The notes under the pieces are model-generated. The model ran no database searches. It saw nothing but the letters and a program-made list of their open reading frames with translations, and was not told the DNA's origin. From an uncultured Christensenellaceae bacterium (GTDB lineage Bacteria; Bacillota; Clostridia; Christensenellales; UMGS416), in contig CALWDW010000006.1 of the NCBI GenBank assembly GCA_944376795.1, positions 2,632 through 66,631 of the forward strand: a DNA stretch of 64,000 nt, read 5' to 3'. The translations under genes were made by a program, and so were the position numbers. The first letter of the stretch is position 1. Each line of letters begins with the position of its first letter. Positions 38,188 to 47,045 of the stretch are shown here, piece after piece.

Positions 38188-39255
38188 ATGGGTGTACGAC
38201 AGTCCTGGAGCAGGTTCACGGCAGTTTTGCTGTCGGTGATCCTCTTGTCGCTCCTGCTGGCGATTCCCGTCCGGGCTGCCGGGCAGATTGATCCTGCCCG
38301 CCAAGGTTCCCTGACCGTGCATTTCGGTCAAGAGGATACGGGCTTCCCGGATGTGACATTCCGGCTGTATTATGTGGCCAGCATCTCTTCCGATGCAGCG
38401 TTGACACTTGCCGGCGACTTCTCCGCATACCCGGTAACCTTCGACGGCCTCAGTACGTCGGAATGGAGAGCTTTGGCCCAGACCTTAGCCGGCTATGCCG
38501 CACGAGACGACCTGCCTCCCCTGCAAACGGCCCAAACCAATGCGGACGGTGACGCCTCCTTCCCGCTGCTGCCCACAGGCCTCTACCTGGTTGTGGGAGA
38601 CACTTACAGCAGCGGCCCGGATACCTATACCCCGGAAGCCTTTCTGGTCAGCCTGCCCAATGCAGATGAGACGACCGGCGATTGGGTCTATGACGTCACG
38701 GCCCACTGCAAATATGATGTCCGTCACGACGAGCCCCAAACCGTTAGCCGGCAGGTCATCAAGCTCTGGGATGATGCCGATGCTGCGGAGCATCGTCCTG
38801 CGCAGATTGTTGTGCAGCTCCTGCGGGACGGGCAAGTGTATGATACCGTAACGCTCGACAAAGGGAATGACTGGCAGTATACCTGGACGGAGCTGGATGC
38901 CGGTTCGCATTGGCAGGTTACCGAATATGATACGCCGGAAGGATACTCCGTCCTGGTCAGCCAAGAGGGCGCCGTCTTTATCATGACCAACCGCTACCAC
39001 GAGGATGTGCCGACTCCGTCGCCTTCCCCCTCCCCAACCCCGTCTGCGCCCACGCCCTCGCCATCCCCTACTTTCTCCACGGCCGCCCCCTCTCCCAGCC
39101 CCACTTCTACCCCCATTCCCACCCCTACGGCTACGGGGAAACCTCCAATCCTTCCGCAAACCGGTATGCTCTGGTGGCCGGTACCTGTTCTGGCGTGCGG
39201 TGGTATGCTGCTTTTCCTCATCGGGTGGATTCAGCGGCGGAAGCATGATGCGTAG
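38188..39255 (+). CDS. LPXTG-anchored minor/basal pilin with a CnaB-type domain
   Basis: Signal peptide. CnaB-like QVIKLWDD...IVVQLLRDGQVYDTVTLDKGNDWQYTWTELD...WQVTEYDTPEGYSV. A P/S/T-rich stalk. The sorting signal is LPQTGM plus a hydrophobic tail and RRKHDA. Confidence 0.82.
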   Translation: MGVRQSWSRFTAVLLSVILLSLLLAIPVRAAGQIDPARQGSLTVHFGQEDTGFPDVTFRLYYVASISSDAALTLAGDFSAYPVTFDGLSTSEWRALAQTLAGYAARDDLPPLQTAQTNADGDASFPLLPTGLYLVVGDTYSSGPDTYTPEAFLVSLPNADETTGDWVYDVTAHCKYDVRHDEPQTVSRQVIKLWDDADAAEHRPAQIVVQLLRDGQVYDTVTLDKGNDWQYTWTELDAGSHWQVTEYDTPEGYSVLVSQEGAVFIMTNRYHEDVPTPSPSPSPTPSAPTPSPSPTFSTAAPSPSPTSTPIPTPTATGKPPILPQTGMLWWPVPVLACGGMLLFLIGWIQRRKHDA

Positions 39256-39976
39256 CGCCGGAAAGAAGCCCGGGGCCTGGCTGATGGCCTGCGGCCTGGC
39301 GCTTTTAGCGGCAGCGCTGCTTTTAACCGGTTACAACCTTTGGGATGAGCGGCGCGCCCAGGAATCCACCGATCACATCCTGGCCGAGCTGCGCAGCCGT
39401 ACCCAGCCGCTGGCCACGCTGCCGTCACCCGTACCGTCTCCTTCGCCAGCACCGTCTCCTCCCCCCTCTTCATCGCCTGCCGCACGTCCCGTTATCTCCG
39501 ACACAGCCACAGCCGCCGTCACGCTTGCGACCACCGCTTCCCCTACGCCGTCCCCTACGCCGACGCCCGCGCAGAAGATGCCCGCCGTGGAGGTCGAGGG
39601 AAACCAGTACATTGGCACACTGGACATTCCCTCGCTGCGGCTTTCCCTGCCGATCATGGAGAGTTGGAGTTATCCAAAGCTTCGCCGGGCTCCCTGCCGT
39701 TATGCCGGATCTGTCTATACGAATGATTTGGTTATTGCGGGGCACAATTACCGGGCGCATTTTGGTACGCTCAAGCAGCTTTCCGCAGGCGCTTCCGTAG
39801 TCTTCACCGATATGGCGGGAAACCAATTCCATTACAACGTCGCAGAGATTCAAGTGCTGGAGCCAACGGCAGTAGAAAACATGCTTGCAGGGGGCTGGCC
39901 ACTCACACTGTTTACCTGCACCTATGGCGGCCAAACGCGGCTGGCTGTGCGGTGCGTATCCGCAGACGGAAACTGA
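39245..39976 (+). CDS. second sortase (TLFTC active site; class not resolvable by eye)
   Basis: Starts MMRSAGKKPGAWLMACGLALLAAALLL (N-terminal anchor), followed by a P/S-rich linker, VIAGHNY and the catalytic TLFTCTYGGQTRLAVR. It overlaps the minor pilin gene by 11 nt and has no C-terminal anchor. Confidence 0.8.
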   Translation: MMRSAGKKPGAWLMACGLALLAAALLLTGYNLWDERRAQESTDHILAELRSRTQPLATLPSPVPSPSPAPSPPPSSSPAARPVISDTATAAVTLATTASPTPSPTPTPAQKMPAVEVEGNQYIGTLDIPSLRLSLPIMESWSYPKLRRAPCRYAGSVYTNDLVIAGHNYRAHFGTLKQLSAGASVVFTDMAGNQFHYNVAEIQVLEPTAVENMLAGGWPLTLFTCTYGGQTRLAVRCVSADGN

Positions 39977-39998
39977 TCTTGGCAAATCCATTCTCCAA

Positions 39999-40045
39999 GG
40001 GCCCCTCGGATCAAACAAAACGGTTTGATCCGAGGGGCCCTTTTC
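39999..40045 (+). terminator. rho-independent terminator ending the pilus operon
   Basis: 18-bp stem gggcccctcggatcaaac / gtttgatccgaggggccc followed by ttttcgg. Confidence 0.85.
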
Positions 40046-40381
40046 GGCATTCTTCCTTTCTCGGAAACGGCGCTCGTCATCCGCAAAAAAACAGCGGCGC
40101 CCGCAATATTGTTTCGGATTCAGGGAAGATGGGCTCTCTCTTCTCTTCCTCCCAGCGGCCCGCCCTTTATCCGGAAGGTTTGGGTTTGAGCATGGGCATG
40201 CCTTGGCGCCGTAGTCAAAAGAAAATCCCCGCTCAGCCGGAAAGACTGAGCGAGGCAATGCAGCATACATAAAACTAAGGCAAGAAATGCGTACAGGGCG
40301 CAAAACGGAATTGCACAGATTCAGCAGCGGCTCTGCATGCCTGTTGTACTTCGCATACAAGAAGCCGGCATTGAGCGAAAC

Positions 40382-40603
40382 TCATTCTGCGGCGCAGTCT
40401 GCTCCGATCACATTTTCTTTCGCCAGGATGCCCATGCCGAATTCTGTAAGGAGTTTGATATCTGCCTGCAAGGTCTTTCGTGTGGATTCGATGCCGTTTT
40501 GCTGTAGGTACTCCCCGATATCCTTTAAGGCAAGCGGGTGTTCCTCATCAGTCTTATCCCACAGATATTGCACGGTGAGAAGGAAACGCCTTTGGCTATT
40601 CAT
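40382..40603 (-). CDS. short HTH protein resembling the N-terminal domain of WYL-type regulators (probably truncated)
   Basis: 73 aa. LLTVQYLWDKTDEEHPLALKDIGEYLQQNGIESTRKTLQADIKLL matches the HTH_11-type N-terminus of WYL regulators, but no WYL domain follows. A GGAGGCAAAA RBS is present. Confidence 0.5.
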   Translation of the reverse strand: MNSQRRFLLTVQYLWDKTDEEHPLALKDIGEYLQQNGIESTRKTLQADIKLLTEFGMGILAKENVIGADCAAE

Positions 40604-40622
40604 TTTTGCCTCCGTCTATGGA

Positions 40623-40889
40623 TCAAACAGGGCGGCAGCAGGCGGGCCCGTCCGTGTGCTGCCGCATGCTCGGCCTGCCGGTTTTTTGCTCCTGCATGCC
40701 GCCAGCAGCAAACATCCGGGCAGCCGTCTCCGTCATCTTCCTGGGCTTTGCGGCGTGTCCACGGTCCATGTCCCTCCAGCCGGAGAACCGCAGCATCAAA
40801 GCCTCCGCCCTTCCCCCCATATGGCCGCAGGCATAACGCCGGCTGAACCGCAATGCCCCAGCCTCGGCCTTCGCATCCTCTATTTTCAC
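40623..40889 (-). CDS. hypothetical protein (weak call)
   Basis: 88-aa ORF whose ATG overlaps the upstream stop (ATGA). The composition is R/A/G-rich and no motif was recognised. It could be a GC-driven artefact. Confidence 0.25.
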   Translation of the reverse strand: MKIEDAKAEAGALRFSRRYACGHMGGRAEALMLRFSGWRDMDRGHAAKPRKMTETAARMFAAGGMQEQKTGRPSMRQHTDGPACCRPV

Positions 40890-41227
40890 ATTGGGACGCT
40901 TTGGGGAAGCTCGATCCGTGCCGATAACTCCAACTTATTTTCCAGCCGCTGCTCCACGGAGTCTGCCAGATAGTCGACGGCACGAAGCTCGCCCTGCTCG
41001 GAAAGCCCCTGGCAGGGGGCGCTCATCTGCACCGTCAGGAGAGTCACCGGCGGCTCTTCGGACACCGACAATACAAATCCGCTCCTATTTCCATAAACGG
41101 TTACCTGGGCGGCGATACATCCATTTCCCGCTTTGTCATATTCGCTTTCTTCCGAATCCAGAATATCATACACCGCATACAGCACAAGCTGCTTGGTATA
41201 CGGCAGAATCCGCTGAACCGATTTCAT
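40886..41227 (-). CDS. hypothetical protein
   Basis: 113 aa. A strong AAAGGAGG RBS lies 8 nt before the ATG. No motif was recognised. Confidence 0.5.
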   Translation of the reverse strand: MKSVQRILPYTKQLVLYAVYDILDSEESEYDKAGNGCIAAQVTVYGNRSGFVLSVSEEPPVTLLTVQMSAPCQGLSEQGELRAVDYLADSVEQRLENKLELSARIELPQSVPM

Positions 41228-41648
41228 GATATCGCCTCCTTTTTAGTTCCTCCCTCGATTCTCTTCGCATGCACGGCTTCAAAGCCGACTGCCTATCTGC
41301 ATCGCCCTTGCCCGGCATGCCCCGCTGCCGGAGACTTCCGTCATTTCGATATAATCCGGTACAATATTGGGTATCGGACTCCACGATCCACTGCAGGCGG
41401 ATCTTCCTGTGCAGCCATGAAAAATAACGGAGCGCCTTCGCCCTTATCGAGGCGCTTGACAGCCCGCGCAAAGCCATAAGGCGCCATCCCTCATGGGGGC
41501 ATCGAGCTTTCCCGATTTTCCGCACTTTTGTAATCTGCTCCGGAACGCAGGAAAATCCGGTCTGTTTTGTAGAGTCCCAAATCCAGCTGCCTATTGCAGT
41601 GCGCCGGACAATAAAAGCAGGCTGCCTTCATGAACGCCCATGGAATCG

Positions 41649-42557
41649 TTACATATTTATTTCAACCCCGGTTACATCGAGCCGCTCAAAAGCAGTGTTA
41701 TCGGAGATCAGGTTCAGCACATCATTCTCCAAAGCAAAGAGCTTCGTGCTCACGGTTCCGTTCTCCATGACAAACGCCAGGCTGTCGTCCCCAATCATAT
41801 TCCAGTCGTCGAAATAATGCTGCACCGTCAGCTGCTTTTCCTCCGGATAATACACGCCGTAGCCGCTTCTCTCCGTCTTTGGGTTCAAAAGCCAAACGCG
41901 CACGCCTGTTGCCTCTGGGTTGCCAGTCATTACCCAGAATCCAAGCAGTTCCTCCGGCTTATTGTCCTCATATGTCGGGAACGGAACGGTTCCCAGCGGC
42001 ACGAAAATCGCCTCCGATCCCGAATCCGGATTACGAGTCATAAACGAAAGGGTCTCTTTATCTATGAAAATCTCATAAAACTGCTCATCGTTGATATACG
42101 GCCAGTTTTGCATCTCGAATTTGAGCATTCCGTCCTCAAGAAACCATGCCATTTCATAAACATGTCTCTCATTGTCAACCGTCAACTCTCCCGTGCCATC
42201 CTCATTTAAAATGTAGATAACCCCGGGGGCATCCTTGTTTTGCCAGCTATGCACACCTGCCAAAAACTCCTCATCCGTATAGCCCGTGTAGTCCACCACA
42301 TCGTCCGGCGTCTCTGCTGGGGCCGTAGGATCCACACTGTCAGTTGGTGCAGCGCTGCTGCCGTCTGTCGCGTCTGCATTGTCCGGCGTCTCCGCCGCGT
42401 ACGTAGGATCCACACTGTCAGTCGGCACAGCATTGTCCGCCGTCTGTGTTGCGTCTACAGAATCCGTATTGTCAGGCGTCACAGCCTGATTGCTGCAGGC
42501 CGCAAAAGCACAAAGCACAAGCCATGCCAGCAGCCATAAGGATATTTTTTTTAGCAT
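41649..42557 (-). CDS. lipoprotein, function unknown
   Basis: Signal peptide with lipobox LCAFAA-C. It has a D/T/P/A-rich linker containing a duplicated PTDSVDPT..AETPD unit. Confidence 0.75.
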   Translation of the reverse strand: MLKKISLWLLAWLVLCAFAACSNQAVTPDNTDSVDATQTADNAVPTDSVDPTYAAETPDNADATDGSSAAPTDSVDPTAPAETPDDVVDYTGYTDEEFLAGVHSWQNKDAPGVIYILNEDGTGELTVDNERHVYEMAWFLEDGMLKFEMQNWPYINDEQFYEIFIDKETLSFMTRNPDSGSEAIFVPLGTVPFPTYEDNKPEELLGFWVMTGNPEATGVRVWLLNPKTERSGYGVYYPEEKQLTVQHYFDDWNMIGDDSLAFVMENGTVSTKLFALENDVLNLISDNTAFERLDVTGVEINM

Positions 42558-42636
42558 CCATCACTCCCCCTTTTTCTGCAGCCGGAAAACGTTTTCTTCC
42601 CGGCCGCCGCATGAGATCCCGAATCCGGCAGGCGTA

Positions 42637-44439
42637 TCAGTCCGCCGCAAAAAAGGTATCCGCCGAGAGGAATCTCGCTTCTATGGCTATTTCCCCGCCT
42701 ATCGTCATGTAACCCCACAATTCGGTATTTGCATCCTGGTAAGCGATCAGACCGCTGCCGCAGGAGTAAAAATTGCTGATTCCCGAATCGTCCACAATCG
42801 CATTCCCCTGGGTATCAATGAGGACCCACCTGTCACCGTCCTTTACCTTGCCGACGCCGTCCCAGAAGGTACAGCTGCCAACGTACGGGTCGGTATTTAT
42901 GGTGGCCACGCTGGCTACGAGATAGGTAGGTTCAATCGCCATTTCTCCCTCCTCGTTGATAAAGCCCCACAGCCCGTCGACCAGTACCGCAGCAAGTCCG
43001 CTGCTGAATTTTTCGGCATCCTCAAACTCGAAGTCGATCATTACGCTTCCGTTTTTGTCGATATAGCCATACCTGCCTTCCTGGTTTTGAACCACATACC
43101 AGCCGTTTTCACAATACTGAAGATACGGATACTCGCAGGGCACGACTACGTTTCCGTTCTCGTCGCACAAGCCGTAGAGATCTGCCCCGTGGAACGGACC
43201 GCCGGGCTTTATCTTTACCATCATGTTGGGATCAAAGCCGTTTGTATCCGCATAATACTCCTTGGGAATCGTAGCCAGGATATTCCCGTTTGTATCTATG
43301 ATAACCGGCGCATCCTCGCTATCCGACCATTCATCTATTTCTTGGTTGACTCTGCGGGCAGCAACCGCTTTGCCATTGGTGAAATTGGACGCAAACCCAA
43401 AGAAGTAGGTGCTGCCATACCCCACGCCGGTAACCTTGGGCAGATGCGTTGCATCGAACAGAACATTGCCGTCTACATCGATATATATCATATCGTAGTC
43501 GCTCTCGGTCTGCAGGTTCACTGCCGCAATGCCCTCTCGAAACTTAACAGAGCTTTTCAGAGGATAGGCGTTTCCGTCAGCATCGCAGACTTCCGAAATG
43601 ACCAGTGCGCCGGTGCGGTCGATATAGGCCCAGCTGTCGTCCTCGAACTGCACCATGGCACGTCCATCGGAGAATCCGAAGGCATTCTGGAACTGCGGTT
43701 CGATGCGCCAAGCACCCGTTTTATCAACGTAGCCAAAAAGGCCCGTATCCGCATCCTGGACGGATGCAAGGGAACCATCGTCGGAGAGATGTACCGCATC
43801 GATTGCATCAGACTGCCCCTGCGGGAGCTCACCGGTATATTCCGGCAGAGGGTTTTTGGGATTCGCATTGTACGCCTCAAGGGCCGTAATGAACTCGATC
43901 GCAGCCTCGTCACCCTCCATTGCCGCAGCCGGATCCATGATCGGAAAGTCTTCTGCCCGGATCGCCGTTTCCAGCACATAATCATAGAAAAGCTTTGCCT
44001 CGGCGTTCTCGGAAGGAGAAAGTATGATGACCGGCAGAGGATCACTCTCGGTTACGTAGCAGCGAAGGAAGATATCTTCAGCCTCGCTTACCATCAGCAC
44101 GGAATACTCCGCGGCAGACGCCATCTCGTTGTAACAGTACAGGGTCCATGTGGAAGGATATTCCATTGTGACCCCGTAACCATCATAGGCGGCCCATTCG
44201 GTGTCGGCAAAGGCCACATTCTGCGCGCTCTCACCGTCAGAAATCTCCGGCTTCTCGCTATCAGAAATCTCCGGCTTCTCGTTGTCAGAAATCTCCTGCT
44301 TCTCGCTGTCAGGTGGCTGCTGCGTATTTGACGGCTCGCTCAATTCGCCTGATGACGGCGTCGACTGCGGCGTCGCTTCTCCACAGCCGGCAAGGAAGAG
44401 AACACAAAATACCAGCAAAGCCGAGAATAATTTTTTCAA
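42637..44439 (-). CDS. WG-repeat (KWG-type) lipoprotein
   Basis: TTG start 7 nt after AAAGGAGG. Lipobox is FLAG-C. It carries repeated GxxGYIDxxGxxxIxPxF and WGFINEEGEMAIEP units typical of WG-containing repeats. Confidence 0.8.
   Translation of the reverse strand: MKKLFSALLVFCVLFLAGCGEATPQSTPSSGELSEPSNTQQPPDSEKQEISDNEKPEISDSEKPEISDGESAQNVAFADTEWAAYDGYGVTMEYPSTWTLYCYNEMASAAEYSVLMVSEAEDIFLRCYVTESDPLPVIILSPSENAEAKLFYDYVLETAIRAEDFPIMDPAAAMEGDEAAIEFITALEAYNANPKNPLPEYTGELPQGQSDAIDAVHLSDDGSLASVQDADTGLFGYVDKTGAWRIEPQFQNAFGFSDGRAMVQFEDDSWAYIDRTGALVISEVCDADGNAYPLKSSVKFREGIAAVNLQTESDYDMIYIDVDGNVLFDATHLPKVTGVGYGSTYFFGFASNFTNGKAVAARRVNQEIDEWSDSEDAPVIIDTNGNILATIPKEYYADTNGFDPNMMVKIKPGGPFHGADLYGLCDENGNVVVPCEYPYLQYCENGWYVVQNQEGRYGYIDKNGSVMIDFEFEDAEKFSSGLAAVLVDGLWGFINEEGEMAIEPTYLVASVATINTDPYVGSCTFWDGVGKVKDGDRWVLIDTQGNAIVDDSGISNFYSCGSGLIAYQDANTELWGYMTIGGEIAIEARFLSADTFFAAD
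44237..44308 (-). repeat. 24-nt coding tandem repeat, 3 copies (EK[PQ]EISD[SN])
   Basis: The unit tcagaaatctccggcttctcgcta is repeated three times with 1-3 substitutions. It lies in the linker of the WG-repeat lipoprotein. Confidence 0.9.
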
Positions 44440-44567
44440 GGCATTTCCTCCTTTTGGATTTGTACGCCAACGATGCTCTCAGACGCATCCATCTGCCAGA
44501 CTTCAGTCCCTGGCCATCGGGGCGCAGCAAAGAAAGTACTAAATCTCACGGCAAAGCCGCCTGTCTG

Positions 44568-45689
44568 TTACGGTTCCTCATCCATATCAGAGTCTCTGAA
44601 GTGCATGGCTTCCGGAGGAATGATCCCCCGCTCCACCGCCTTTATTTCCTCGGCCTTATAGCATTCAGTGAGCCAGCCGCTCTCCATAAGATCGCCCAAA
44701 ATCTCATTGATCGTTTGGCAGAGTTCCTCATTGCCTTTCATGAGAATCATACCCTGACCGTGAAAATCCAAATTTTCCACACTATAGCCGGATATGACAA
44801 TCGTTCCTTCGTAAATGGCCTCCACAATTTGATCTTGAAATTCCTGAATATATGAAGTGAATACACCGGCGTCCACCTGCCCGGTGGCCAGCGCCTCTAG
44901 GACTTCCTCGTTGCTGGCCAGCGGGTACAGTTCGGCCTCGGGATACTGTTTCGCGGTGTGATCCCCCTGTACCGAACCATTGACTATGGCAATGCGGGCA
45001 TGGACAAGCTCCTCCTCGCTTTGGATCATCTCTCTGGGCTCCGGCTCAATGGGGATTTCCTCATCCGGATCTGCATCGCTGTCGGAATCGGCCTCCAACG
45101 CTTCCTCCGGCGGCAGCCACGGCTCCGGATTTGTACTGAAATAGATGACATACCCCTCTTCATTCACGACATCAAATCTGTCAGTCATTTCGTAAAGGGC
45201 GAGTCGTTCCTCGGTAATCACAAAGGTTCCCGAAGCAAGATCCACATCCCCGTCCACCACTGCCTGCAGCAGCGCTTCTAAGTTCTCGTATTCTATGCAT
45301 TCCACTTCCACGCCCAGTTCTTCGGCAATCCTGCGACAAACTGCCAGCACATATCCGTCTCGGGTGCCCGCAAGCTCTCCGTACGTTTCCGGGTCGTCCG
45401 GTATGATATAGCTCGCCGCATTATTGACCGCTCCCCCGACGATCAGCACACCACGTTCCTGGATCTGATCCGTAAAATGGTACGCGGGCTCTGTCTTCGA
45501 AACCGGCGTAGGCACGGGTTCCGGCGTGGGCGTTGGTTCGGGTTCCGGCGTGGGCGTTGGTTCGGCTGCGGAAGCGGAAGGCGAAGGGACAGAACTCGGT
45601 TCCGTCTCTTCCTGCGCTGCGCCGCACCCACACATCGAGACAAGGAGTACCACGACCAGCATCCACAAAATGATCCTTTTCAATTCCAT
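44568..45689 (-). CDS. family-3 solute-binding-protein-like lipoprotein (orphan, paralog 1)
   Basis: Start at MELKRIILW (GAAGGAGAA RBS). Lipobox is SMCG-C. It has a P/T/E linker, an SBP_bac_3-like core (DGYVLAVCRRIAEELGVEVE...VDGDVDL) and an acidic insertion (EADSDSDADPDEE). No permease or ATPase gene lies nearby. Confidence 0.72.
   Translation of the reverse strand: MELKRIILWMLVVVLLVSMCGCGAAQEETEPSSVPSPSASAAEPTPTPEPEPTPTPEPVPTPVSKTEPAYHFTDQIQERGVLIVGGAVNNAASYIIPDDPETYGELAGTRDGYVLAVCRRIAEELGVEVECIEYENLEALLQAVVDGDVDLASGTFVITEERLALYEMTDRFDVVNEEGYVIYFSTNPEPWLPPEEALEADSDSDADPDEEIPIEPEPREMIQSEEELVHARIAIVNGSVQGDHTAKQYPEAELYPLASNEEVLEALATGQVDAGVFTSYIQEFQDQIVEAIYEGTIVISGYSVENLDFHGQGMILMKGNEELCQTINEILGDLMESGWLTECYKAEEIKAVERGIIPPEAMHFRDSDMDEEP
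45517..45564 (-). repeat. perfect 24-nt tandem duplication in the linker-coding region (EPTPTPEP x2)
   Basis: ggttccggcgtgggcgttggttcg occurs twice back to back. Confidence 0.9.
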
Positions 45690-45931
45690 GTTCTCCTTCT
45701 TAAATCGTTTCATAAATTGCCACGCGGCATACCAGCAGCTGCCCTGAAGCAGCGAAGCAAGATTGCCAGCCATTCCCGCAGCACTTCCGTATGCAGCCCT
45801 GCGGTACCGGCGTGGCTTTCCCTGTCATCCCATCTTCCCAACCGTGGCAAGCCGTCTTTGTTCTCGTTCTTACTCCTTTTACTGCACGTACGGATAGAAT
45901 AAAAGGATCTGTCACGCCGGGCGGGTTTCAC

Positions 45932-47026
45932 TTAGATTCCACGTTCATTCGCTTTTGCTGACTCGTTTTCATAGCATTCCAGCATCCAGCCGCTTTCAAT
46001 AAAGTCGGCTAACATCTCATTGATGGATTGACAGAGATCCTCATTGCCCTTCATCAGAATCAGTCCAAAGCCTCGGAAATCCGGAGTTGCCACTCTATAA
46101 TCGCACTGTGCAACCCGTCCGTTAAGGATCTCCTGTGTGATTTGATCTGCAAATGTGTTGTCAATCATGGTGAATACGCAAGCATCCACCTCCCCGGCGG
46201 CCAATGCTTCGAGGATTTTCTCGTTGGTGTCCATCAGGTACAGTTCTGCTTCGGGATACTGGCTCATCACATTCTTTACCTGTATCGAACCACTGACGAC
46301 AGCAATGCGGGCATGGGCAAGCTCCTCTTCGCTTTGTATCATCTCTCTGGGCACCGGCTCAGCGGGTGTTTCCTCATCCGGATCCGCGTCGCTATTGGAG
46401 TCCGCTTCCGGCTCCTCCTCCGATGGCAGCCATGGCTGAGGACTGGTGCTCAAAAAGACCTCGTCCGCATCAATATCCGATACGCAAAAATTGTCGGTCA
46501 TTTCGTAAAGGGCGAGCCGCTCATCAGTGATTGTAAAGTTATCTGCGACAAGATCCACCTCCCCGTCCGCTACCGCCTGCAGCTGCTCTCCTATGGACTT
46601 GTATTCTACGAATTCTGCCTCCACGCCCAGTTCTTCGGCAATCCGGCGGCAAAACGCCGGCACGTATCCGTCCCGGGTGCCCACAAGCTCTCCGTATTTC
46701 TCCGGGTCATCGGGTATAATGTAGCAAGTTCTCGAGTTGCCACTCACCCCGATGGTCAGCACGCCGCGCTCCTGCACTGCTTCGGTGCCATGATATGCAG
46801 GAGCTAACTGCGGAACCGGTGTAGGCGTTGGTTCCGGTGTAGGCTCCGGCGTCGGTGTGGGTTCCTGCGTCGGTGTAGGCTCCGGCGTCGGTTCGGATTC
46901 GACGGTAGCGGCAGGTGAGGTAGGAGCAGAACTCGGTTCCGTCTCTTCCTGCGCTGTGCCGCACCCACACATCGAGACAAGGAGTGCCATGGCCAGTATC
47001 CACAAAGTCAGCTTCTTCAATTTCAT
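45932..47026 (-). CDS. family-3 solute-binding-protein-like lipoprotein (orphan, paralog 2)
   Basis: Start at MKLKKLTLW (GGGGAGGAG RBS). It shares the lipobox SMCG-C. By eye it is about 60% identical to paralog 1, including the acidic insertion EADSNSDADPDEE. Confidence 0.72.
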   Translation of the reverse strand: MKLKKLTLWILAMALLVSMCGCGTAQEETEPSSAPTSPAATVESEPTPEPTPTQEPTPTPEPTPEPTPTPVPQLAPAYHGTEAVQERGVLTIGVSGNSRTCYIIPDDPEKYGELVGTRDGYVPAFCRRIAEELGVEAEFVEYKSIGEQLQAVADGEVDLVADNFTITDERLALYEMTDNFCVSDIDADEVFLSTSPQPWLPSEEEPEADSNSDADPDEETPAEPVPREMIQSEEELAHARIAVVSGSIQVKNVMSQYPEAELYLMDTNEKILEALAAGEVDACVFTMIDNTFADQITQEILNGRVAQCDYRVATPDFRGFGLILMKGNEDLCQSINEMLADFIESGWMLECYENESAKANERGI

Positions 47027-47045
47027 ACTCTCCTCCCCTGATCCT

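Noticed and set aside
39470-40360. A 296-aa minus-strand ORF spanning the second sortase gene and the terminator region.
   Set aside because: It is antisense to the sortase gene, which has clear TLFTC motifs. It crosses a strong terminator hairpin, has no RBS and is R/P/G-rich.
41166-41525. A 119-aa minus-strand ORF upstream of the 113-aa hypothetical gene.
   Set aside because: It is Arg-rich and low complexity, has no RBS and overlaps the better-supported 40886-41227 gene start. It is treated as non-coding leader or decayed sequence.
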